From assembly GCA_965261005.1 (NCBI GenBank), contig OZ253375.1, positions 2,336,001 through 2,400,000 of the forward strand: a DNA stretch of 64,000 bases, read 5' to 3'. Both the position numbers and the translations under genes were made by a program. The notes below the pieces were generated by a model. It ran no database searches. It worked only from the letters and a program-made list of their open reading frames with translations, and was not told the DNA's origin. The first letter of the stretch is position 1, and every line of letters begins with the position of its first letter. The DNA is from Deinococcus sp. GTDB lineage: Bacteria; Deinococcota; Deinococci; Deinococcales; Deinococcaceae. Positions 44,143 to 55,323 of this stretch are shown piece after piece.

Positions 44143-44568
44143 TCACTCGAATACCCGCGCTTTTAAAAGCGCGAAATGCCGCGCGTCGAAGGTCAAGACG
44201 GTCGCTCCCAAGCGGTTCGCCATCGCCGCGAGCGTCGCGTCTGCCAAAGAAATCCTTTGGTCCCCGAACGCCCGAAGCAGCGCCAAGGCGCCCATCACGT
44301 CGGCCTCGCCGGGCAAGAGCGGCGGGTAGACGGACAGCGTGCGCGTGACGGCCTGCTCTGCCTTGATGGGGTCCTCCGGCTTGCGGTAGAGGATCAGCCG
44401 GTGCAGTTCCGTGGCGATGGGATAAGGCAGGAAAGCCGCTTCGCCGCCCTCACTCAGGCGATCAAAGGTGACCTTGGCACGCGCGTGGTGTTGGTCAGTT
44501 GGCGTGAGCAGCGCGTACAGCGGCGCGGTATCCAGCAAAACGCCGCGCCCGGCGCGTTTTGATGTCAC
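44143..44568 (-). CDS. PIN domain VapC toxin
   Basis: VLLDTAPLYA, DQHH, SLADA, LTFDARHF. Confidence 0.9.
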   Translation of the reverse strand: MTSKRAGRGVLLDTAPLYALLTPTDQHHARAKVTFDRLSEGGEAAFLPYPIATELHRLILYRKPEDPIKAEQAVTRTLSVYPPLLPGEADVMGALALLRAFGDQRISLADATLAAMANRLGATVLTFDARHFALLKARVFE

Positions 44569-44921
44569 CCGGCTTTGGCGTCTACGTCGGCGACGGTGGC
44601 GAGGTCAAGCAGTTCGTCTATCCGCTCACTGGTATCGCGCCCATACACCGGATCGTCGAGCAGGCCGATCAGTGCCAAATGCCGCTGCGGACGCTGTTCT
44701 ACGCCTTCGATCAGATCGTCTAGTCGCACCGGTTCGCCGGTGATGCTTTCCAGCACCTTGATGACCCTGCCGACGGTCGTGAGATCAATACGCTGCGCCG
44801 GCCTGCGGGCCAAATCATACACGGTGTTTCGGGCCACTTTACCTTTGGCCGCTTGTGCGAGCCGGTAAGCGGTTATGTTTTGCCGCGTCAAGTAGGCCCC
44901 TAAGTTCAGTCTCAACTCCAT
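44565..44921 (-). CDS. Cro/C1-type HTH antitoxin
   Basis: ITAYRLAQ...ARNTVY...RIDLTT; overlaps the vapC start. Confidence 0.8.
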   Translation of the reverse strand: MELRLNLGAYLTRQNITAYRLAQAAKGKVARNTVYDLARRPAQRIDLTTVGRVIKVLESITGEPVRLDDLIEGVEQRPQRHLALIGLLDDPVYGRDTSERIDELLDLATVADVDAKAG

Positions 44922-44967
44922 AGTATGACCAGCTTATCAGAAGTCCGGGAAGCTGACGCGCCGCCTC

Positions 44968-45061
44968 TCAACCGCCCAGCATCTCGGGAAACGGCGCGGG
45001 CACCTCCAGGATGTCGCCGGGCCGGAAGTTCTTGCGGTTGTTGGTGATAACCGCCGCCCAT
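44968..45061 (-). pseudogene. C-terminal remnant of a PIN toxin
   Basis: AAVITNNRKNFRP resembles the PIN T-x-N-x-K-D-F motif; directly follows an antitoxin-like ORF. Confidence 0.45.
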
Positions 45062-45256
45062 TTACTCTTCCCCGTCGCGTGACCGCCGAACGTCCGAGAC
45101 GAGTTCTTCGGCGTAGTTAAGGTCGAGGGCGCCGGGCCGCAGGAAGCTTTGGCGGTCGGCCCGCAATTCGGCCAGCAGGGCGTCCGCTCGGCGGGTGTTG
45201 GGCGTTTGCACCCGCACGCGTGGCCCAGAAGCGGTGCGTCGGATCACGTCTATCAT
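45062..45256 (-). CDS. small antitoxin-like protein
   Basis: GGGGCGAGG RBS; EELVSDVRRSRD C-terminus typical of VapB partners. Confidence 0.5.
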   Translation of the reverse strand: MIDVIRRTASGPRVRVQTPNTRRADALLAELRADRQSFLRPGALDLNYAEELVSDVRRSRDGEE

Positions 45257-45287
45257 CGTATAACCTCGCCCCCGGCCATCTTTCGCC

Positions 45288-45671
45288 TCAGCGAATCACT
45301 TCCACCTGAACGCGCAGGCCCGGCAGCTCGGCCCAGCTTCGCTCGGCGGTCAGCACCCCGGCGGCGCGCGACTCGGCCAGGGCCAGGCAGGCGCAGTCGC
45401 CCAAGCTTAGTTTGTGGGCGCTGCGCCGGGCATAAAAGAAAGAGGCGTCAAATGCCAATTCGGCGCTGAAAGCGATCAAGGTGAGGCCAAGGTTCCTGAC
45501 GTCATCTCGCGCTTCATTCTCCAAGGCAAGGCCGGAACCGCACAACTTGCCCAGCACTTCCGTGACGTTCACGCTGCACATGCTGGCACCTTCCCGAATC
45601 TGCCGCGCGACACGCTCATGACCGGGTTCCCTCTGGAAGTAGGCCAGCAGGGCGGAGGCGTCAATCACCAT
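45288..45671 (-). CDS. PIN domain VapC toxin
   Basis: VIDASALLA, SVNVTE, LSLGDCACLALA, VLTAE. Confidence 0.92.
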   Translation of the reverse strand: MVIDASALLAYFQREPGHERVARQIREGASMCSVNVTEVLGKLCGSGLALENEARDDVRNLGLTLIAFSAELAFDASFFYARRSAHKLSLGDCACLALAESRAAGVLTAERSWAELPGLRVQVEVIR

Positions 45672-45919
45672 CCCTTAGCCTCCGCCTCGGCGCGCCGCTC
45701 GGCCAAAAGTTCTTCGGAAAGCGAGCGGCCATCCTTGGAAGCGTACTTTCCTTGCAAGCGCTCAACAATGGCCCGCCGCGTGGTCAAGCGAACCTCGCCG
45801 TTCTCCTCGATGAACAGCAGCTTGTCGCCCGGCTGCACCTCGAGTGCGGCGCGAATTTCGGCCGGGATCACCACCCGCCCTTTCAGCCCCAACTCGACCT
45901 CTTTGGTTTGTGCCGTCAT
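45665..45919 (-). CDS. AbrB/MazE-type antitoxin
   Basis: KGRVVIPAEIRAALEVQPGDKL. Confidence 0.92.
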   Translation of the reverse strand: MTAQTKEVELGLKGRVVIPAEIRAALEVQPGDKLLFIEENGEVRLTTRRAIVERLQGKYASKDGRSLSEELLAERRAEAEAKGW

Positions 45920-45992
45920 TTACGCACCTCCAACCCTAGAGTACCACTTTATCCTGAAGGTGGCACAAAGCTGGGGCTGTTATGCTCTTCCC

Positions 45993-46553
45993 ATGCAAAC
46001 CGACTATGCCCTCAAGGAGTGGGACGCGCAGGTCCAGGCTCTCTTACGCGGCGAGGTCGCCCTGATTCTGCGCAAGGGCGGCATTCTGGAGACGCACGAG
46101 GGCTTCGAGGTCGAGCACGGCAGCTTCTACCTGTACCCCACCTACCTACATCAAAACGCGCCCGAACTGCGCCCCGCCTTTCGGGGGTTGCTGCACCCCG
46201 ATCCCCAGCCGGGCACGGTGACGCTGCCGGCCCACGCCGAGGTGCTGGCCGTGTGGAAGGTTGAGTCGCTGGACAAGTTGCTGGCGCTGGAGGATATGCA
46301 AGCCCTCAGCGCGGCGGCCATCGAGCGGCGCTTCGCGTATCGCGGCCGGCCCTGGTTGCACGCCCTGTTGCTGCGGGTCACGCGGCTCACCGACCCACCC
46401 CGCTTCGCCGAGACGCCGGAGATGCTGGGCTGCCAAAGCTGGGTGCCGCTCGACCGGGGCTCACTGCCGGCGGGTTCGCAAGACGGCAGCGCCGCGCACG
46501 ACAACGCCCAGCTCGCTGGTGTGCGGGCAGAGATCGAACGCCGCCTCGCTTGA
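45993..46553 (+). CDS. DUF1802 family protein
   Basis: ALKEW, ILRKGGI, LYPTYLHQ, GCQSWV. Confidence 0.88.
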   Translation: MQTDYALKEWDAQVQALLRGEVALILRKGGILETHEGFEVEHGSFYLYPTYLHQNAPELRPAFRGLLHPDPQPGTVTLPAHAEVLAVWKVESLDKLLALEDMQALSAAAIERRFAYRGRPWLHALLLRVTRLTDPPRFAETPEMLGCQSWVPLDRGSLPAGSQDGSAAHDNAQLAGVRAEIERRLA

Positions 46554-46823
46554 CGGTCCCACACGGTCGCCGCAACATTGCCGTAACTTTAGGAAAATGA
46601 TCAACTCTCAAGTCTACCCTTCAAGCACAAAAGCGCGGCCCTCTTAAAATTTGACCTTTCCGCAAGGCTGCTCTTGTATACTTTGCGCCGGTTTGACGTT
46701 TTATGGGTAAATTGAGCTGGAATTGCCCGCGACCCGGTTTGTTTTCTCACCGTTGTCAAAGAAAGGAAGAACCGAACTTTACATTTCGGCCCGTTTGTTT
46801 TTATACTGCTGTCGGAGGGGTAT

Positions 46824-47267
46824 ATGGCACTTCGTAAATTGAGTGAACAGGTTGAGCAGCTGGACAATCCGCAGCGTTCCGACGCTTTCGTGAAGCAATT
46901 TAGAACGGCGGTGCGCAACGGTGACTTCGACGCGGCTTATATTGCCGAGCGTTTCACCTTGCCCAAACAATATGCCAAACGCGGCAGCGACGAGCGTTAT
47001 GCCAAAGACTCCAAGGACATGGTCTTTGAGGCCACGCCCGAGTTTCAGAAGTGGTTCGACAACATCAATCAGGAGTTGACCGGCAGCCGGCGCAACACCA
47101 AGATTAAGGCGAGCTTGGAGGCTTTTGAAAGCGGCAGCTTGAACTTCAAGCAGGCCGCCGAGGAAACCCGCCAAAAGATGGACGCCAGCTACAAAAAGGG
47201 CCAAAGTCTGGGCAACAGCCGAACCAAAAGCCGCGGAAAGGCCAAAGCCAAGTCGAGCAGGGCCTGA
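46824..47267 (+). CDS. basic hypothetical protein
   Basis: GGAGGG RBS, Lys/Arg-rich tail, terminator hairpin 47305-47339. Confidence 0.8.
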   Translation: MALRKLSEQVEQLDNPQRSDAFVKQFRTAVRNGDFDAAYIAERFTLPKQYAKRGSDERYAKDSKDMVFEATPEFQKWFDNINQELTGSRRNTKIKASLEAFESGSLNFKQAAEETRQKMDASYKKGQSLGNSRTKSRGKAKAKSSRA

Positions 47268-47304
47268 CGGCCGCAGCGGTACACCGTAAAGCGATACACC
47301 ATGA

Positions 47305-47339
47305 AGCGCGGGGCGATGTAAGGTCGCCCCGCGCTTTTA
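47305..47339. terminator. hairpin terminator
   Basis: AAGCGCGGGGCGA...TCGCCCCGCGCTTTT. Confidence 0.7.
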
Positions 47340-47912
47340 TACTGCCGGTTGGGCCACGCCCTCTTCTGCGCTTGGCGCCGACAAGCCGAGCCGGCGGCAC
47401 AAGTCCACAAAGGCGTGCGCCGTCACCCGCACGTCGCCGAGGCTGCGGTGGCGGCCGTACTCGCCGGGACCGTGTTCGCCGAACTTCAGGCCGCAACGCC
47501 GCGCCAGCGCGTCGAGGGTGTGGCCGCGCTCGCCGGGAAAGGCGCGGCGCGAAAGCTGTGCGGTGCAGATTTCGGCGCTGGGTTGCCACAAAAGGCCGTA
47601 CCGTTTGGCGGCGGCCCGCATAAAGCCGGCGTCGAAGCCCACGTTGTGCGCGACCACGGCCCGCCCGTCCACGAAGTCCAGAAACTCCGGCAGCACCTCG
47701 CGCAAGGTGGGGGCGTCGCGCACGTCCCGCGCGCGAATGCCGTGAACTTGGCTGGCCCGCCAGGGAATGTCGCGCTCGGGGTTCACCAGGCGGTGAAAGT
47801 GCGGCGTCCCCAGCACTTGGCCGCCGCGCACGTACACGGCGCCGATCTCCACGACCGCGTCCCGCTCGGGGGACAGCCCGGTCGTTTCGAGGTCGAACAC
47901 GACGTAGTCCAT
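47337..47912 (-). CDS. DEDDh 3'-5' exonuclease (DnaQ-like)
   Basis: [21 protein letters not shown]. Confidence 0.92.
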   Translation of the reverse strand: MDYVVFDLETTGLSPERDAVVEIGAVYVRGGQVLGTPHFHRLVNPERDIPWRASQVHGIRARDVRDAPTLREVLPEFLDFVDGRAVVAHNVGFDAGFMRAAAKRYGLLWQPSAEICTAQLSRRAFPGERGHTLDALARRCGLKFGEHGPGEYGRHRSLGDVRVTAHAFVDLCRRLGLSAPSAEEGVAQPAV

Positions 47913-47970
47913 AAAAAACAGCCTACCGCGTTTGCGTGCGGTAGGCTGAATAAGCCTGTTGCCACGAAAC

Positions 47971-48174
47971 TCAGGTGTTGCCCACGTCCTTGACGGCGGC
48001 CGTCACGTCGGTCGGCTTGGCGTACTGCTTGTCGGGCAGTCCTTCCAGGGCGGAGCGGACGTTGTCGTCCATGTCGCCGTTGGACTTCGCCTTGCTGATG
48101 ATGTCCTGTTTGCTGGCCGGGTAGTTGACGCCCTTGAGGTGCTTTTGAAGTTGAATGGGATTGACCTTTGCCAT
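47971..48174 (-). CDS. DUF2795 family protein
   Basis: [15 protein letters not shown]...LPDKQY. Confidence 0.88.
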   Translation of the reverse strand: MAKVNPIQLQKHLKGVNYPASKQDIISKAKSNGDMDDNVRSALEGLPDKQYAKPTDVTAAVKDVGNT

Positions 48175-48302
48175 GTTGCCCTCCTTATCCTCTATGGTGG
48201 CGGCTCGGCCCTGTGGGCGCGTGTGGCCGCGCGCCGCTCCCCTTCATCATCCCCTGCCCGCCCCTGAAGCCGGGGTTAGGGTTCGGCGCTTACCATCGGA
48301 AT

Positions 48303-48797
48303 TTACCAGCCGAAGCTGCCCGGCACGCCCTTGAACGGCCCCACCACGTCTCGCGTGATCCAGCCACCGTAGAAGTCGCCCGGCTGCGGCGTCACCCGCT
48401 CGCCGTCCACCAAGCAGGCGTCCATCCGGCCCGCGTACACGGCGACGTACCCGGCGATGGGCGCAAAGGCTGGGGTGGGGCGCTCGTAGGACCAGCCGGC
48501 GGCCGGCGCCACTTGCTCGCCGCCCCGCAGCGTCCAGTAGGTCGCCGGCCCCTTCCACTCGCACACCGAAGACCCCGGCGCCCGCGTCAGCACGCCGGGA
48601 GCGAAGGCGTCTTGCGGCAGGTAATAGCCGGGCGGGTGGCTGGTCTCCAGCACCCGGTAGGCGCCGCGCGTGTCGGCGATTCTTTGGCCGCCCAGGTAAA
48701 TCTCAATGTGCCTATCGGTCGCTTCCAGGCGCGGCGGGCGCGGGTAGGCCCAGACGCTTTCTTGGCCGGGCTGGATGGGGAGGGGAGAGGGACGCAT
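48303..48797 (-). CDS. DUF427 family protein
   Basis: ESVWAYPRPP, LETSHPP, CEWKG, FYGGWIT. Confidence 0.9.
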   Translation of the reverse strand: MRPSPLPIQPGQESVWAYPRPPRLEATDRHIEIYLGGQRIADTRGAYRVLETSHPPGYYLPQDAFAPGVLTRAPGSSVCEWKGPATYWTLRGGEQVAPAAGWSYERPTPAFAPIAGYVAVYAGRMDACLVDGERVTPQPGDFYGGWITRDVVGPFKGVPGSFGW

Positions 48798-48904
48798 GGG
48801 ATCAGCATGCGCTTGGAAGGTTGCTGTGGCCGTGGGGGATGGCACGCTCCGGCACCCCTATCCTTTCTAGCTAGAGCTGCTAGAATTTAGCTAGGAGGCG
48901 AGTT

Positions 48905-49129
48905 ATGAAAGTGAACATGCACGAGGCGAAGACCCGGCTCTCACAACTGGTCGAGCAGGCTTTGCGCGGCGAGGAGGTCATCATCGCCCGCAACGGGGCG
49001 CCGGCCGTGCGCTTGACGCCGATCGAAGCGCCGGCGCAGAAGCGCGTTTTGGGATTTGGCAAGGGCAATCTGACGGTCGAGCAAGCCTTGGAACCCATGA
49101 CCGAGGAAGAACTTCAGGAGTGGGAATAA
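48905..49129 (+). CDS. Phd/YefM family antitoxin
   Basis: NMHEAKTRLSQLV...GEEVIIARNG. Confidence 0.93.
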   Translation: MKVNMHEAKTRLSQLVEQALRGEEVIIARNGAPAVRLTPIEAPAQKRVLGFGKGNLTVEQALEPMTEEELQEWE

Positions 49130-49515
49130 GGTTGCTGCTCGACACGCACGCGCTCGTCTGGGCCATCAACGCGCCCGACCAACTGAGCGCACGGGCGCGC
49201 GGCGCCATTCAGGACCTTGGAAATGTGCTCTTTGTGAGCAGCGTCAGCGCATACGAAATAGCCAACAAATACCATCTGGGAAAATGGCCGGAAGTCGCCG
49301 ACATTGTTGAAAACTACGAGCTGTATTTGGACAAGCTGCGGGCCGTACGTCTGCCCGTGAGCGAGGCGCACGCCCTGGCGGCCGGGCTGCTGCCCTACGC
49401 CCACCGCGACCCCTTCGACCGCCTGCTGATCGGCCAGGCCACCCATGAGGAACTGCCCGTCGTGACCCTTGACCCCGCCATCAGAAATTGTCCGGGCGTC
49501 AAGACGATCTGGTAA
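49120..49515 (+). CDS. PIN domain VapC toxin
   Basis: LLLDTHALVW, HRDPFDRLL. Confidence 0.93.
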   Translation: MGIRLLLDTHALVWAINAPDQLSARARGAIQDLGNVLFVSSVSAYEIANKYHLGKWPEVADIVENYELYLDKLRAVRLPVSEAHALAAGLLPYAHRDPFDRLLIGQATHEELPVVTLDPAIRNCPGVKTIW

Positions 49516-49574
49516 GTTGACGCCACCCTTACCTTGTTATACAAGTATCTTGTGAAGCATGATAAAGAAGATTT

Positions 49575-49922
49575 GTGAACCCGCTCAAGTCGGGCACCGT
49601 TGACCTCGCGCTGCTCGCCGCGCTGCAAGATCGGCCCCGCTACGGTCTTGAATTGCTTGAACACGTCAACGCGAGCAGCGGCGGATTGTTCGGTTTGCGC
49701 GAGGGCAGCCTTTACCCAGCGCTGCACCGCTTTGTGAAGGCGGGATGGGTGGAGAGCGAGTGGCAAGCCAGCAGCGCGGGTGGGGCGCCGCGCAAGTACT
49801 ACCGCCTTACGGACGAAGGAAAGCGGGCGCTTGCCGACAAAAAGCGTGAGTGGCGCGACCTGCGTGGCGCGCTCGACGCCCTGCTGACGAAGGGGGTGAG
49901 CCTTGCCCGCCAGCGCTCTTGA
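49575..49922 (+). CDS. PadR family regulator
   Basis: RYGLE, EGSLYPALHR, RKYYRLT. Confidence 0.93.
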   Translation: MNPLKSGTVDLALLAALQDRPRYGLELLEHVNASSGGLFGLREGSLYPALHRFVKAGWVESEWQASSAGGAPRKYYRLTDEGKRALADKKREWRDLRGALDALLTKGVSLARQRS

Positions 49923-50841
49923 CCGCTACATCGCACGCGCCACCCTGGGGCTGCCGAGGGCAGAGCGGCTCGATACGGCGGCCGAGTTGCGGACACACCT
50001 GCTGGAGCGCGCCGCTCAACTTCAGGCGCAGGGTTTCGCGCGTGAGGAGGCGGAATACCTGGCGGTGAGGCAGATGGGTAACGTGCGCGCCACCAACGTG
50101 CAACTGCTCGGGCACTTCTTCACCACGCCGCTGGGTTGGGGCGTGCTGGCGCTCGTGGTGCTGGCCTTGGTGGGCTGGCAAGCATGGAGTTCTTTCGGCG
50201 TCTCGCGCGTTCGGGTCAACGCGACCGGCTGGCAGGATAAGGGGTTAAACGGCCTGATCGCCGGGGGCACCTTGCCGACGACCTATAACCAGTTCGGCCT
50301 GACCCTGTCCCGAAAGACGCAAAAGCTGTATGTGGCGTGGATCACGCCGGAATCAATACGGCGTCGAGTACAGAGCCAAGTGATGGACGTGAGGGGTGGA
50401 CAGTACGTCAGCGTTTGGGCCAGCCTACCGACTTGGCGCCCTTACTGGAAAAACCGCAGCCCATTGCCCTACGCCGACTTGCCTTGGCGCGAAACTTGCC
50501 ACGACGAGCAACCGATTCACATTTCGGCAGGAACCCGTTTCGAGGGCCTCCGTGTTCAAAATTCGAACTTGCAGGGCGTGCTGTGGTGCAGCGACATTCC
50601 CGGCACAGGGACGTCTCGTGGCGCGAGCTATCAATACTCAGGGTTCGGCTTCGATGATGACGGCGTGCGGCTCAACGAATGGCTCCCCATCTTCGGCGCC
50701 CACAGCATGATCGCGGCCCAACCGCGCGGCGGCGTCCTGATGCTGGCCCCCACCGACGGCCGCGACCCCGGCCCGCCTCCCGCACTCGCCTTTGACGAGC
50801 GCTCCGATAATTGGACGCTTATCCACGGGAAGAAGCGATGA
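49903..50841 (+). CDS. membrane protein with permease-prefix (HAAS-like) N-terminal domain
   Basis: YIARATLGLP...AELRTHL...EAEYLAVRQMG then a TM helix; coupled to PadR. Confidence 0.7.
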   Translation: MPASALDRYIARATLGLPRAERLDTAAELRTHLLERAAQLQAQGFAREEAEYLAVRQMGNVRATNVQLLGHFFTTPLGWGVLALVVLALVGWQAWSSFGVSRVRVNATGWQDKGLNGLIAGGTLPTTYNQFGLTLSRKTQKLYVAWITPESIRRRVQSQVMDVRGGQYVSVWASLPTWRPYWKNRSPLPYADLPWRETCHDEQPIHISAGTRFEGLRVQNSNLQGVLWCSDIPGTGTSRGASYQYSGFGFDDDGVRLNEWLPIFGAHSMIAAQPRGGVLMLAPTDGRDPGPPPALAFDERSDNWTLIHGKKR

Positions 50842-50868
50842 ATCGGGAGTCCATAACCCGAACTGTTC

Positions 50869-52878
<2,010 letters not shown>

Positions 52879-52887
52879 CCCTCCATA

Positions 52888-52904
52888 TTACGCCAAGAAC
52901 ATAG
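52888..52904. promoter_or_regulatory. RDRM (DdrO-binding) motif upstream of uvrB
   Basis: CTATGTTCTTGGCGTAA on the minus strand, 17 bp, overlapping the -10 box TAATAT. Confidence 0.8.
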
Positions 52905-52977
52905 TGAGGGGATGAAGGCGGGTAAGATACACGGGCAGGTGAATCTCGCAGCACTTCAGCTTCTCAGGAGGTCCGTT

Positions 52978-53550
52978 ATGAGCCAGCCCAGCAGCTTTAA
53001 CTTCGGCCGCATGGTCGGCCAAAGCCTCGACGTGTTGATCCGTCCGGGGGTCGCCACCTTTGAGCGCTACGAGCGCGGCAGTGTGCGCGCGGCGTTTCTG
53101 TACGTCCTTGTGGCGGCGGTTGTCTCGGCCGTGATCGCGGCGTTTTTCGCGCTGTTTCAAGACGACGTCACCTTTTTCGGCCAGCTGGTCACCCGCCTGA
53201 TTTTGATTCCGCTGGGCTTCGGTGTCTTCACGGGGGCGGTCTACTGGATTGGCAAGAGCTTGTTCGGTGGCACCGGCAAGTATGCGGAGGTTGCCTACAC
53301 CTACGCGCTGTTCTTCGTGCCGATCAGCGTGATCAACAGCGTGTTGGCGAGTTTGCTGGGCGTCGTCCTCGGCTGGTTGATTCTGTCCCTGACCGCCGTG
53401 GCCTTGGTGTACTTCGGCTGGTTGGCGGTGCAGTCAAGCATGAACATCCGCGACCGGGGGCAGGCCGCCATCACCCTGGTCATCGCGGCCCTGGTCTACT
53501 GGTTGATCCAGAATTTTCTTGAAAGATTGTTGGTGTCACTCTTCACTTAA
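52978..53550 (+). CDS. YIP1 family membrane protein
   Basis: [11 protein letters not shown], about five TM helices, [11 protein letters not shown]. Confidence 0.8.
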   Translation: MSQPSSFNFGRMVGQSLDVLIRPGVATFERYERGSVRAAFLYVLVAAVVSAVIAAFFALFQDDVTFFGQLVTRLILIPLGFGVFTGAVYWIGKSLFGGTGKYAEVAYTYALFFVPISVINSVLASLLGVVLGWLILSLTAVALVYFGWLAVQSSMNIRDRGQAAITLVIAALVYWLIQNFLERLLVSLFT

Positions 53551-53646
53551 AGGCGTTTGAGGTGTAGACATCCGCGAAACGTTTCTCCCGGCCACCGTCT
53601 TCCAGCCACCGCGTATACTCTGGAAAATGCACGAAAGGCGGGTCAC

Positions 53647-54129
53647 ATGCGCGGGTGGCTGTTGATAGGACTGCTTGGAATCGCCGGCGCGGGCGCGGCG
53701 CCGCTCACCGGTCAGGGCGCCTGGCAAGCTCAGGCAGGGCAAGCCCAAACGGACGCGCCCTTGTTGCGGCGCGCCCAGCGCCTGACCCAAGCTTTTTACG
53801 CCGTCAAACTGGACGAGGTCTGGGCGGCCTTCACGCCAGAACTTCAGGCGAACTGGGGCGGCCTGGACGCCTTTCGCGCCTACCGTGAAACCGGGCTGAG
53901 CGAGTACGGCCCTGAAACCAAGGTGTTGGACGAGCGAATGGTGAAGGGCGAAGGTTTGCGCTATTACGTGCGCGCCGCCGTCTTTGCGCGCCATCCCGCC
54001 GAAACGTGGCTGGTGATCTTCGGCTTTGACGCTCAGGGGCAGGTGGCGCTGTTCACCATCACGCTGGCCGGCGACCCCAACGGTCCGCCCACGCAGGAGC
54101 CGCTGCACACCCTCTCGCCGGGCACGTAG
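53647..54129 (+). CDS. secreted hypothetical protein
   Basis: Signal peptide; YGPETKVLDE...YYVRAAVF. Confidence 0.65.
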   Translation: MRGWLLIGLLGIAGAGAAPLTGQGAWQAQAGQAQTDAPLLRRAQRLTQAFYAVKLDEVWAAFTPELQANWGGLDAFRAYRETGLSEYGPETKVLDERMVKGEGLRYYVRAAVFARHPAETWLVIFGFDAQGQVALFTITLAGDPNGPPTQEPLHTLSPGT

Positions 54130-54151
54130 ACAATCCACGTAAACTCTTTCC

Positions 54152-54472
54152 ATGCTTAAAAAAGTGTCGCCCGAGAACCGGCAAAAGTACGACCAAGTCT
54201 TTATGCAGGTCGTCCTCGGGGTGCAGGCCGGCGCGCAGGCGACGCGGCCCGACGCGCCGGGCAGCCTCGCACAGCTGTTTCACAGGGAGCAGGTCGCGGA
54301 CGCCCTGCAAGGCTGCGCCGCGCTGATCGCCGCTTGGAACGGGGGCGCGGTGGATGAGGGGGCCGTCAAGAAAACCGCCGGCGCCTTGCGCGGCTTGAAG
54401 CTCCCCGACCTGGCCGTTCGCGTCGAGAACCTGGTGAACATCGAGGGAAACGGCGCGGCGGGCGCTTCCTGA
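54152..54472 (+). CDS. hypothetical protein
   Basis: Clean ORF; TAAACT 6 nt upstream of ATG. Confidence 0.7.
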   Translation: MLKKVSPENRQKYDQVFMQVVLGVQAGAQATRPDAPGSLAQLFHREQVADALQGCAALIAAWNGGAVDEGAVKKTAGALRGLKLPDLAVRVENLVNIEGNGAAGAS

Positions 54473-54569
54473 AGAGGTTCCACGTCTGCGGCGAAAGTGC
54501 GCTACAATACCCGCTTGGTTGCCCCCGGCGGTTCCGGCGCGGCATAAAAGGGTACCCAAGGAGAGCGAC

Positions 54570-54803
54570 ATGGCGAAGAAATGTTTCGTGACAGGCAAAA
54601 GTGGCATGGTAGTCAACAGCGTGACCCGGCGCGGCAAGGCGCGCGCCGATGGCGGCGTGGGCCGTAAGACCACCGGCATCTCGGGCCGGCGTCAAAAGGC
54701 CAACCTGCAAAAGAAGCTGGTCGTGGTGAACGGCGAGGTCCAGCGCGTTTGGCTGTCGGCCAAGGCGCTGCGGCGCTTGCCGGACAACATCGAACTGGTC
54801 TAA
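54570..54803 (+). CDS. rpmB: 50S ribosomal protein L28
   Basis: [10 protein letters not shown]...[22 protein letters not shown]...WLSAKALR. Confidence 0.93.
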   Translation: MAKKCFVTGKSGMVVNSVTRRGKARADGGVGRKTTGISGRRQKANLQKKLVVVNGEVQRVWLSAKALRRLPDNIELV

Positions 54804-54874
54804 AGCGCGGCGGCTTCTGACTTCGGTGGGCCGGTCCCTTGGGGACCGGCCGCTTTCATTGACAAGCTCTACAC

Positions 54875-55207
54875 TCAATGCTCGCGCCGCCGCTTCTGGT
54901 GGCGTGGGCGCAGCCTCACGCCCAAGTGCGCCTCTAAGGCACCTGACAGCAAGCCCAGCACGCCGCCGCCGGCCCAGCCTACCACGCAGCTCACCGCCAC
55001 CAGAAAGACGGCGCTGACCTCGGCCCACTCCAGCAACAGGCCGCAGGTGGCGAGGGCGGCCAGACCGGCGGCGCCGGCGGCGGCGAGCAGACGGCGGGCG
55101 CGTGGGGGGGTTTCCAGCATCAGTTGTCGGGCCAGCTGTGCCGCGCAGGCGGCGGCGAAGGTGGCGAACAATACGGCGGGCAGATCGGGCAGGACGGTGG
55201 CGGGCAT
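54875..55207 (-). CDS. holin-like small membrane protein (LydA-like)
   Basis: 110 aa, about three hydrophobic helices, VVGWAGGGVLGLL, basic tail RLRPRHQKRRREH; AAGGGAG RBS. Confidence 0.55.
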   Translation of the reverse strand: MPATVLPDLPAVLFATFAAACAAQLARQLMLETPPRARRLLAAAGAAGLAALATCGLLLEWAEVSAVFLVAVSCVVGWAGGGVLGLLSGALEAHLGVRLRPRHQKRRREH

Positions 55208-55236
55208 AATAAGACTCCCTTCTGGCGCGTGGCCGA

Positions 55237-55253
55237 TTACGTCTCTAGCGTAA
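55237..55253. promoter_or_regulatory. RDRM-like 17-bp palindrome over the -10 box of the holin-like gene
   Basis: TTACGTCTCTAGCGTAA; minus-strand promoter TTGAAA (55270-55275)-17 nt-TACGCT (55247-55252). Confidence 0.75.
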
Positions 55254-55286
55254 TATTTCAAGAGTCATATTTCAAGGGGAAAATAT
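55253..55286. promoter_or_regulatory. candidate repressor operators
   Basis: ATATTTCAAG at 55253 and 55267, plus inverted ATATTT-N8-AAATAT. Confidence 0.55.
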
Positions 55287-55323
55287 CACATTATTTATTC
55301 CTATCCCTCTTTAAGCTGTCCTT

